From: Daphnia carinata
Lineage: Eukaryota
Assembly (NCBI RefSeq): GCF_022539665.2
Contig: NC_081333.1
Span: forward strand, 5,704,001 to 5,768,000
Direction of reading: 5' to 3'
Length of the DNA: 64,000 nucleotides
The translations under genes were made by a program, and so were the position numbers. Shown here piece after piece: positions 42,801 to 55,026 of the stretch (position 1 is the stretch's first letter; each line of letters starts with the position of its first letter). A model generated the notes under the pieces. That model worked only from the letters and a program-made list of their open reading frames with translations. It was not told the DNA's origin and ran no database searches.

Positions 42801-45800
42801 TAGATAATGAAACTGCTTCTATAACAGTATATTCACATTGAATACACGTATATTTGATGCTGTTTGAATGTAGATATTGAAACTCACTGTATCACAATAT
42901 ATTCACATTGAATACACGTATATTTGATGCTGTTTGAATGTAGATCATGAAACTGATTCTATAACACTATATTCACATTGAATACACGTATATTTGATGC
43001 TGTTTGAATGTAGATATTGAAACTCACTGTATCACACTATATTCACAATGAATACACGTATATTTGATGCTGTTTGAATGTAGATAATGAAACTGCTTCT
43101 ATAACACTATATTCACATTGAATACACGTATATTTGATGCTGTTTGAATGTAGATCATGAAACTGATTCTATAACACTATATTCACATTGAATACACGTA
43201 TATTTGATGCTGTTTGAATGTAGATATTGAAACTCACTGTATCACACTATATTCACATTGAATACACGTATATTTGATGCTGTTTGAATGTAGATATTGA
43301 AACTCACTTCTATCACACTATATTCACATTGAATACACGTATATTTGATGCTGTTTGAATGTAGATATTGAAACTGATTCTATAACACTATATTCACATT
43401 GAATACACGTATATTTGATGCTGTTTGAATGTAGATATTGAAACTCACTGTATCACACTATATTCACATTGAATACACGTATATTTGATGCTGTTTGAAT
43501 GTAGATATTGAAACTGATTCTATAACACTATATTCACATTGAATACACGTATATTTGATGCTGTTTGAATGTAGATATTAAACTGATTCTATAACACTAT
43601 ATTCACATTGAATACACGTATATTTGATGCTGTTTGAATGTAGATATTGAAACTCACTGTATCACACTATATTCACATTGAATACACGTATATTTGATGC
43701 TGTTTGAATGTAGATAATGAAACTGATTCTATAACACTATATTCACATTGAATACACGTATATTTGATGCTGTTTGAATGTAGATCATGAAACTGATTCT
43801 ATAACACTATATTCACATTGAATACACGTATATTTGATGCTGTTTGAATGTAGATATTGAAACTCACTGTATCACACTATATTCACATTGAATACACGTA
43901 TATTTGATGCTGATTGAATGTAGATATTGAAACTGATTATATAACACTATATTCACATTGAATACACGTATATTTGATGCTGTTTGAATGTAGAAATTGA
44001 AACTCACTGTATCACACTATATTCACATTGAATACACGTATATTTGATGCTGTTTGAATGTAGATATTGAAACTGATTCTATAACACTATATTCACATTG
44101 AATACACGTATATTTGATGCTGTTTGAATGTAGATATTGAAACTCACTGTATCACACTATATTCACATTGAATACACGTATATTTGATGCTGTTTGAATG
44201 TAGATATTGAAACTGATTCTATAACACTATATTCACATTGAATACACGTATATTTGATGCTGTTTGAATGTAGATATTGAAACTCACTGTATCACACTAT
44301 ATTCACATTGAATACACGTATATTTGATGCTGTTTGAATGTAGATAATGACCCTCACTGTATAACACTATATTCACATTGAATACACGTATATTTGATGC
44401 TGTTTGAATGTAGATATTGAAACTGATTCTATAACACTATATTCACATTGAATACACGTATATTTGATGCTGTTTGAATGTAGATATTGAAACTGATTCT
44501 ATAACACTATATTCACATTGAATACACGTATATTTGATGCTGTTTGAATGTAGATATTGAAACTGACTGTATCACACTATATTCACATTGAATACACGTA
44601 TATTTGATGCTGTTTGAATGTAGATATTGAAACTGATTCTATAACACTATATTCACATTGAATACACGTATATTTGATGCTGTTTGAATGTAGATATTGA
44701 AACTCACTGTATCACACTATATTCACATTGAATACACGTATATTTGATGCTGTTTGAATGTAGATATTGAAACTCACTGTATCACACTATATTCACATTG
44801 AATACACGTATATTTGATGCTGTTTGAATGTAGATATTGAAACTGATTCTATAACACTATATTCACATTGAATACACGTATATTTGATGCTGTTTGAATG
44901 TAGATATTGAAACTGATTCTATAACACTATATTCACATTGAATACACGTATATTTGATGCTGTTTGAATGTAGATATTGAAACTGATTCTATAACACTAT
45001 ATTCACATTGAATACACGTATATTTGATGCTGTTTGAATGTAGATATTGAAACTGATTCTATAACACTATATTCACATTGAATACACGTATATTTGATGC
45101 TGTTTGAATGTAGATATTGAAACTCACTGTATCACACTATATTCACATTGAATACACGTATATTTGATGCTGTTTGAATGTAGATATTGAAACTGATTCT
45201 ATAACACTATATTCACATTGAATACACGTATATTTGATGCTGTTTGAATGTAGATATTGAAACTCACTGTATCACACTATATTCACATTGAATACACGTA
45301 TATTTGATGCTGTTTGAATGTAGATATTGAAACTGATTCTATAACACTATATTCACATTGAATACACGTATATTTGATGCTGTTTGAATGTAGATATTGA
45401 AACTCACTGTATCACACTATATTCACATTGAATACACGTATATTTGATGCTGTTTGAATGTAGATATTGAAACTGATTCTATAACACTATATTCACATTG
45501 AATACACGTATATTTGATGCTGTTTGAATGTAGATATTGAAACTGATTCTATAACACTATATTCACATTGAATACACGTATATTTGATGCTGTTTGAATG
45601 TAGATATTGAAACTCACTGTATCACACTATATTCACATTGAATACACGTATATTTGATGCTGTTTGAATGTAGATATTGAAACTGATTCTATAACACTAT
45701 ATTCACATTGAATACACGTATATTTGATGCTGTTTGAATGTAGATATTGAAACTGATTCTATAACACTATATTCACATTGAATACACGTATATTTGATGC

Positions 45801-48800
45801 TGTTTGAATGTAGATATTGAAACTCACTGTATCACACTATATTCACATTGAATACACGTATATTTGATGCTGTTTGAATGTAGATATTGAAACTGATTCT
45901 ATAACACTATATTCACATTGAATACACGTATATTTGATGCTGTTTGAATGTAGATATTGAAACTCACTGTATCACACTATATTCACATTGAATACACGTA
46001 TATTTGATGCTGTTTGAATGTAGATATTGAAACTCACTGTATCACACTATATTCACATTGAATACACGTATATTTGATGCTGTTTGAATGTAGATATTGA
46101 AACTGATTCTATAACACTATATTCACATTGAATACACGTATATTTGATGCTGTTTGATTGTAGATATTGAAACTGATTCTATAACACTATATTCACATTG
46201 AATACACGTATATTTGATGCTGTTTGAATGTAGATATTGAAACTGATTCTATAACACTATATTCACATTGAATACACGTATATTTGATGCTGTTTGAATG
46301 TAGATATTGAAACTGATTCTATAACACTATATTCACATTGAATACACGTATATTTGATGCTGTTTGAATGTAGATATTGAAACTGATTCTATAACACTAT
46401 ATTCACATTGAATACACGTATATTTGATGCTGTTTGAATGTAGATATTGAAACTCACTGTATCACACTATATTCACATTGAATACACGTATATTTGATGC
46501 TGTTTGAATGTAGATATTGAAACTGATTCTATAACACTATATTCACATTGAATACACGTATATTTGATGCTGTTTGAATGTAGATATTGAAACTCACTGT
46601 ATCACACTATATTCACATTGAATACACGTATATTTGATGCTGTTTGAATGTAGATATTGAAACTCACTCTATAACACTATATTCACATTGAATACACGTA
46701 TATTTGATGCTGTTTGAATGTAGATATTGAAACTCACTGTATCACACTATATTCACATTGAATACACGTATATTTGATGCTGTTTGAATGTAGATATTGA
46801 AACTGATTCTGTAACACTATATTCACATTGAATACACGTATATTTGATGCTGTTTGAATGTAGATATTGAAACTGATTCTATAACACTATATTCACATTG
46901 AATACACGTATATTTGATGCTGTTTGAATGTAGATATTGAAACTGATTCTATAACACTATATTCACATTGAATACACGTATATTTGATGCTGTTTGAATG
47001 TAGATATTGAAACTCACTGTATCACACTATATTCACATTGAATACACGTATATTTGATGCTGTTTGAATGTAGATATTGAAACTGATTCTATAACACTAT
47101 ATTCACATTGAATACACGTATATTTGATGCTGTTTGAATGTAGATATTGAAACTGATTCTATAACACTATATTCACATTGAATACACGTATATTTGATGC
47201 TGTTTGAATGTAGATATTGAAACTGATTCTATAACACTATATTCACATTGAATACACGTATATTTGATGCTGTTTGAATGTAGATATTGAAACTGATTCT
47301 ATAACACTATATTCACATTGAATACACGTATATTTGATGCTGTTTGAATGTAGATATTGAAACTGACTATATCACACTATATTCACATTGAATACACGTA
47401 TATTTGATGCTGTTTGAATGTAGATATTGAAACTGATTCTATAACACTATATTCACATTGAATACACGTATATTTGATGCTGTTTGAATGTAGATATTGA
47501 AACTGATTCTATAACACTATATTCACATTGAATACACGTATATTTGATGCTGTTTGAATGTAGATATTGAAACTGATTCTATAACACTATATTCACATTG
47601 AATACACGTATATTTGATGCTGTTTGAATGTAGATATTGAAACTGATTCTATAACACTATATTCACATTGAATACACGTATATTTGATGCTGTTTGAATG
47701 TAGATATTGAAACTGATTCTATAACACTATATTCACATTGAATACACGTATATTTGATGCTGTTTGAATGTAGATATTGAAACTGATTCTATAACACTAT
47801 ATTCACATTGAATACACGTATATTTGATGCTGTTTGAATGTAGATATTGAAACTGATTCTATAACACTATATTCACATTGAATACACGTATATTTGATGC
47901 TGTTTGAATGTAGATATTGAAACTGATTCTATAACACTATATTCACATTGAATACACGTATATTTGATGCTGTTTGAATGTAGATATTGAAACTCACTGT
48001 ATCACACTATATTCACATTGAATACACGTATATTTGATGCTGTTTGAATGTAGATATTGAAACTCATTCTATAACACTATATTCACATTGAATACACGTA
48101 TATTTGATGCTGTTTGAATGTAGATATTGAAACTGATTCTATAACACTATATTCACATTGAATACACGTATATTTGATGCTGTTTGAATGTAGATATTGA
48201 AACTCACTGTATCACACTATATTCACATTGAATACACGTATATTTGATGCTGTTTGAATGTAGATATTGAAACTGATTCTATAACACTATATTCACATTG
48301 AATACACGTATATTTGATGCTGTTTGAATGTAGATATTGAAACTGATTCTATAACACTATATTCACATTGAATACACGTATATTTGATGCTGTTTGAATG
48401 TAGATATTGAAACTCACTGTATCACACTATATTCACATTGAATACACGTATATTTGATGCTGTTTGAATGTAGATATTGAAACTGATTCTATAACACTAT
48501 ATTCACATTGAATACACGTATATTTGATGCTGTTTGAATGTAGATATTGAAACTGATTCTATAACACTATATTCACATTGAATACACGTATATTTGATGC
48601 TGTTTGAATGTAGATATTGAAACTCACTGTATCACACTATATTCACATTGAATACACGTATATTTGATGCTGTTTGAATGTAGATATTGAAACTGATTCT
48701 ATAACACTATATTCACATTGAATACACGTATATTTGATGCTGTTTGAATGTAGATATTGAAACTCACTGTATAACACTATATTCACATTGAATACACGTA

Positions 48801-51800
48801 TATTTGATGCTGTTTGAATGTACATTAAGAAAATGATTCTATAACACTATATTCACATTGAATACACGTATATTTGATGCTGTTTGAATGTAGATATTGA
48901 AACTGATTCTATAACACTATATTCACATTGAATACATGTATATTTGATGCTGTTTGACACTATATTATATTCACATTGAATACACGTATATTTGATGCTG
49001 TTTGAATGTAGATATTGAAACTGATTCTATAACACTATATTCACATTGAATACACGTATATTTGATGCTGTTTGAATGTAGATATTGAAACTGATTCTAT
49101 AACACTATATTCACATTGAATACACGTATATTTGATGCTGTTTGAATGTAGATATTGAAACTGATTCTATAACACTATATTCACATTGAATACACGTATA
49201 TTTGATGCTGTTTGAATGTAGATATTGAAACTCACTGTATCACACTATATTCACATTGAATACACGTATATTTGATGCTGTTTGAATGTAGATATTGAAA
49301 CTCATTCTATAACACTATATTCACATTGAATACACGTATATTTGATACTGTTTGAATGTAGATCATGAAAGAGATTCTATAACACTATATTCACATTGAA
49401 TACACGTATATTTGATGCTGTTTGAATGTAGATATTGAAACTCACTGTATCACACTATATTCACATTGAATACACGTATATTTGATGCTGTTTGAATGTA
49501 GATATTGAAACTGATTCTATAACACTATATTCACATTGAATACACGTATATTTGATGCTGTTTGAATGTAGATATTGAAACTCACTGTATCACACTATAT
49601 TCACATTGAATACACGTATATTTGATGCTGTTTGAATGTAGATATTGAAACTCACTGTATCACACTATATTCACATTGAATACACGTATATTTGATGCTG
49701 TTTGAATGTAGATATTGAAACTCACTCTATCACACTATATTCACATTGAATACACGTATATTTGATGCTGTTTGAATGTAGATATTGAAACTCACTGTAT
49801 CACACTATATTCACATTGAATACACGTATATTTGATGCTGTTTGAATGTAGATATTGAAACTCACTCTATCACACTATATTCACATTGAATACACGTATA
49901 TTTGATGCTGTTTGAATGTAGATATTGAAACTGATTCTATAACACTATATTCACATTGAATACACGTATATTTGATGCTGTTTGAATGTAGATATTGAAA
50001 CTGCTTCTATAACACTATATTCACATTGAATAACGTATATTTGATGCTGTTTGAATGTAGATATTGAAACTCACTTAATCACACTATATTCACATTGAAT
50101 ACACGTATATTTGATGCTGTTTGAATGTAGATATTGAAACTCACTGTATCACACTATATTCACATTGAATACACGTATATTTGATGCTGTTTGAATGTAG
50201 ATATTGAAACTCATTCTATCACACTATATTCACATTGAATACACGTATATTTGATGCTGTTTGAATGTAGATATTGAAACTCACTGTATCACACTATATT
50301 CACATTGAATACACGTATATTTGATGCTGTTTGAATGTAGATATTGAAACTGATTCTATAACACTATATTCACATTGAATACACGTATATTTGATGCTGT
50401 TTGAATGTAGATATTGAAACTCACTGTATCACACTATATTCACATTGAATACACGTATATTTGATGCTGTTTGAATGTAGATATTGAAACTCATTCTATA
50501 ACACTATATTCACATTGAATACACGTATATTTGATGCTGTTTGAATGTAGATATTGAAACTGATTCTATAACACTATATTCACATTGAATACACGTATAT
50601 TTGATGCTGTTTGAATGTAGATATTGAAACTCACTGTATCACACTATATTCACATTGAATACACGTATATTTGATGCTGTTTGAATGTTGATCATGAAAC
50701 TGATTCTATAACACTATATTCACATTGAATACACGTATATTTGATGCTGTTTGAATGTAGATATTGAAACTGATTCTATAACACTATATTCACATTGAAT
50801 ACACGTATATTTGATGCTGTTTGAATGTAGATATTGAAACTGATTCTATAACACTATATTCACATTGAATACACGTATATTTGATGCTGTTTGAATGTAG
50901 ATATTGAAACTGATTCTATAACACTATATTCACATTGAATACACGTATATTTGATGCTGTTTGAATGTAGATATTGAAACTGATTCTATAACACTATATT
51001 CACATTGAATACACGTATATTTGATGCTGTTTGAATGTAGATATTGAAACTCACTGTATCACACTATATTCACTGTATCACACTATATTCACATTGAATA
51101 CACGTATATTTGATGCTGTTTGAATGTAGATATTGAAACTGATTCTATAACACTATATTCACATTGAATACACGTATATTTGATGCTGTTTGAATGTAGA
51201 TATTGAAACTCATTGTATCACACTATATTCACATTGAATACACGTATATTTGATGCTGTTTGAATGTAGATATTGAAACTCACTGTATCACACTATATTC
51301 ACATTGAATACACGTATATTTGATGCTGTTTGAATGTAGATATTGAAACTGATTCTATAACACTATATTCACATTGAATACACGTATATTTGATGCTGTT
51401 TGAATGTAGATATTGAAACTCACTGTATCACACTATATTCACATTGAATACACGTATATTTGATGCTGTTTGAATGTAGATATTGAAACTCATTCTATCA
51501 CACTATATTCACATTGAATACACGTATATTTGATGCTGTTTGAATGTAGATATTGAAACTCACTGTATCACACTATATTCACATTGAATACACGTATATT
51601 TGATGCTGTTTGAATGTAGATATTGAAACTCACTATATCACACTATATTCACATTGAATACACGTATATTTGATGCTGTTTGAATGTAGATATTGAAACT
51701 CACTGTATCACACTATATTCACATTGAATACACGTATATTTGATGCTGTTTGAATGTAGATATTGAAACTCACTGTATCACACTATATTCACATTGAATA

Positions 51801-52607
51801 CACGTATATTTGATGCTGTTTGAATGTAGATATTGAAACTCACTGTATCACACTATATTCACATTGAATACACGTATATTTGATGCTGTTTGAATGTAGA
51901 TATTGAAACTCACTGTATCACACTATATTCACATTGAATACACGTATATTTGATGCTGTTTGAATGTAGATATTGAAACTGCTTCTATAACACTATATTC
52001 ACATTGAATACACGTATATTTGATGCTGTTTGAATGTAGATATTGAAACTGATTCTATAACACTATATTCACATTGAATACACGTATATTTGATGCTGTT
52101 TGAATGTAGATATTGAAACTCACTGTATCACACTATATTCACATTGAATACACGTATATTTGATGCTGTTTGAATGTAGATATTGAAACTGATTCTATAA
52201 CACTATATTCACATTGAATACACGTATATTTGATGCTGTTTGAATGTAGATATTGAAACTCACTGTATCACACTATATTCACATTGAATACACGTATATT
52301 TGATGCTGTTTGAATGTAGATATTGAAACTCACTGTATCACACTATATTCACATTGAATACACGTATATTTGATGCTGTTTGAATGTAGATATTGAAACT
52401 CACTGTATCACACTATATTCACATTGAATACACGTATATTTGATGCTGTTTGAATGTAGATAATGAAACTGCTTCTATAACAGTATATTCACATTGAATA
52501 CACGTATATTTGATGCTGTTTGAATGTAGATATTGAAACTGTTTGTATCACACTATATTCACATTGAATACACGTATATTTGATGCTGTTTGAATGTAGA
52601 TATTGAC
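42801..52607 (+). repeat. 70-bp satellite array, block 2 (~140 monomers)
   Basis: Same monomer and orientation as block 1. The gatactg/tcatg B-variant is scarce and a taatgaaactgcttct variant is present. Confidence 0.99.
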
Positions 52608-52982
52608 ACTACACGAAATAAGATAGATAAGGATGTTTCGAGACTTACTGTGAGCTCATGGTGGAGAGCGGCGACTGGCGGAGAAATGACGCAACACAAT
52701 TCAGTAAGTGACACAGGGTTTGTATTATAGCACTTTTGGACACGGAGCACCGTACACTTCGACTCACAAAAACAGACTGCTTTACAATTTTTCGGGGAGA
52801 ACATTTTATAGGTAAGTAGAAGGTCGAATTGGTTAGCACTTCGGGAAGGGCAGGGGATTTTGCCGTGTAAATTTAACACAGAGGTGCGAAAAGGGGCATG
52901 GGGCGGTTCTCGGAGGTTAAAGTCCTCCGTGGGAACCAAGGTCGGTGTGGGGAGAAGCGGTGCCGGTGGGTCGTCCCTTACA
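52608..52982 (-). repeat. 3' LTR of element 2, lacking its outermost ~28 bp
   Basis: Matches 63249-63623. The terminal segment equivalent to 63221-63248 is absent. Confidence 0.95.
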
Positions 52983-53015
52983 TACCTTACGGCCGTGGAA
53001 GATTGCGTCCCGCAA

Positions 53016-53675
53016 TCACGATGTAAGGATGAGGGGTAGAGTTGACTCGCTATCGTAGGAGTGATATCCAGATGTCTCGCTTGGAGAGTCGGATATGTTG
53101 ATTACCTCTACTTCGTTCTGCACCCAATTTTCTTCTTGCGCTGGACCAGGTGATACTGGTGGAGCCAAAAAGGTTTCGTCGAGGGGTTCTTCGGGCCTAT
53201 AGTCTCCGAACGTCGGCGTGGAGCACCTCGGGAAGTGGTCGCCGTAGTCGTACCCCTTCTGAAACCCAGTGTTTACGTAGTACTGGGTGGGGATATATTC
53301 TCGGGTGCGGGGGTCGTCGTCGTCGGTGACAAAATGGCCTGGCGTAACTCCGACGCGCCATGATGCCCGGTCTTCTTCTGCTCCGTCTAATTTCCTTTTC
53401 TTGCTGCGGTGTCGCTCGATGCTGTCGTTCAACGCCGCCGTATGCAGGCTCCTGCCGGCAATGGGAAGCTGATTGTCGTCATCTTCGGCCCCTACGCCAT
53501 GGTAACGGATAAAGACGAAGCTTGCGCCCGAACAGTTCCTGAAATTTTGAGGTGTACGCCAGCCGAGGGTGGTGCGGTGGTAGGAGACGGTTGGTTGGCT
53601 ATTTTCGACGGGTCGACACCAGGGGCAGATATCCTCCGTGTGGCTGTGGCCGCACACAGGGTAAGCGTTTGCCAT
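53016..53675 (-). CDS. ORF4: putative accessory protein (219 aa) with Cys/His cluster, basic NLS-like motif and acidic C-terminus
   Basis: ATG in good context (actATGG), ~12 nt after an acceptor-like ccttcaacag. Contains CGHSH....CPWC, RHRSKKRKL and a D/E/S/P-rich tail. Same sense as gag-pol-env, ending 34 nt before the 3' LTR. No recognised homologue. Confidence 0.6.
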   Translation of the reverse strand: MANAYPVCGHSHTEDICPWCRPVENSQPTVSYHRTTLGWRTPQNFRNCSGASFVFIRYHGVGAEDDDNQLPIAGRSLHTAALNDSIERHRSKKRKLDGAEEDRASWRVGVTPGHFVTDDDDPRTREYIPTQYYVNTGFQKGYDYGDHFPRCSTPTFGDYRPEEPLDETFLAPPVSPGPAQEENWVQNEVEVINISDSPSETSGYHSYDSESTLPLILTS

Positions 53676-54443
53676 AGTTCTTCTTGCTGTTGAAGGTATA
53701 CTGATTCTGTTGACGTCGGGTTGTAGCTTAAATAATGCGACCGGTAGGGACGAGGAGGCTTATTTTTTTGGATTCGACCAATGGCGAAAAAGGTGGTGGG
53801 GAAAACGATGGCGACCAAGGTCAACGTAGGGGTTTGATCGTGGGAAAAAGGGTGAACGGTTGATCGTGGGAAAGAAAAACGGCGGAAGGTGAGTTGTAGG
53901 TTCGAGACTCAGTTTCGACAGAACGACATTACTAATTTGTAAGAAAACAAAATGACAAAACACATGAAATGGGAGTTGCATGACACTGTGATTTAAAACT
54001 GCTTTTTTGTTAGGGGGTGGTAACTCGAGTTTTGGTTACTGATCCTTTTGTTAGGTCGGTGTACTGTAGGCCGGAGTCGGTGTAGGTCGTAGTCGACCTG
54101 GGTGTAGGAGGTAGGTTTAGTCGTCAGGCAATAAGGGCAAGGATTACGCAAAACAAAAAAAAAATGCAGAATATACGAGAAATTCAAAAAAGTTATGCGA
54201 AAAATGTAAAAAAAATCCAAAAAAAAAAACCCACAAGAGAGGGCAAAATATAAGGAAAAAACCGAAAATATTCATAACAATCAATGGCAGGAGGAGTATT
54301 GGCTAACAACCGCATCTAGAGGGTTTAGTCATGGGCCAAAACATGGCATTTATGATAATCCGAAGGAAAGAAATATGAAAAGCATAATAAACGGCCTGTT
54401 TAGGTAAGTGGGATGGCATAGATTTTCGAAATTTGGGAGAGCG

Positions 54444-54806
54444 TCTCAGATAGCCTAATTGATTAAGGCCCCCAAAGTTAAGTGGGATCTGCAGACAGGA
54501 CTTGGGTTCGAATCCCACGTTGGAAATTCTAAGGCAGAGGCGAAGGGCCAATCTGGCGCGACCGGTAAAATGGTTGGGCGACCGTCAGACCACCTGGAGC
54601 TGAAAACCGAAAGTGGAGGGGAGATAATCGCCGCCGGAGCTAGCGCCCGGTGAAGGTGGAAAGATGTCTCCCTGAAGCGGCTGGGCCTGAACTAACGCTG
54701 AGGCAACCTCTCAGCGGGTAGCAAGTGGAGTGCTTAGGAAACCTCCAGCTAGCGTGGTGACGCTGGTGGCGCCACGAGCTCAAAACAGCCGACGATCAGT
54801 CCTTTT
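54444..54806 (+). ncRNA. Putative Pol III unit: tRNA-like head (54444-54526) plus structured RNA (~54540-54802), antisense to element 2
   Basis: A-box-like TAGCCTAATTGA (54451-54462) and B-box GGTTCGAATCC (54505-54515). D, anticodon, variable and T arms can be drawn. Many GC-rich helices follow, with G-U pairs on the plus strand. The first T4 run is at 54803-54806. Confidence 0.6.
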
Positions 54807-55026
54807 AGTCGTTTTCTTCCTTCATTTTAGAGTTGATCCGAGGTTTTGAGGAATGGGAAGTGGATTAAGGGTGTTTGGAAGCGGAAAAAAATAAAATATC
54901 TACTACCGCCACCTGCGGCCGGTTGGCACTACTGCAGTTAGCGCCACCCGCCCCGGTTTGGGTTATAGATTTGGTTTTTTGTAATGGGATTCGGGTGCTT
55001 GTTAGTTAGGAAATGTTTTGCATTTG

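Noticed and set aside
5528..48825. Short minus-strand ORFs in the satellite (e.g. 5528-5722, 11788-12066, 12133-12417, 27254-27454, 48643-48825)
   Set aside because: Chance read-through of a 70-bp repeat cycling through three frames.
52559..52939. ORFs within the LTRs (also 63065-63580)
   Set aside because: They start at non-ATG codons, cross LTR boundaries into different sequence in each copy, and show no recognisable domain.
54444..54526. Functional tRNA gene
   Set aside because: The acceptor stem is mismatched, the anticodon loop is irregular and the D-loop GG is missing. Treated as a tRNA-like head instead.
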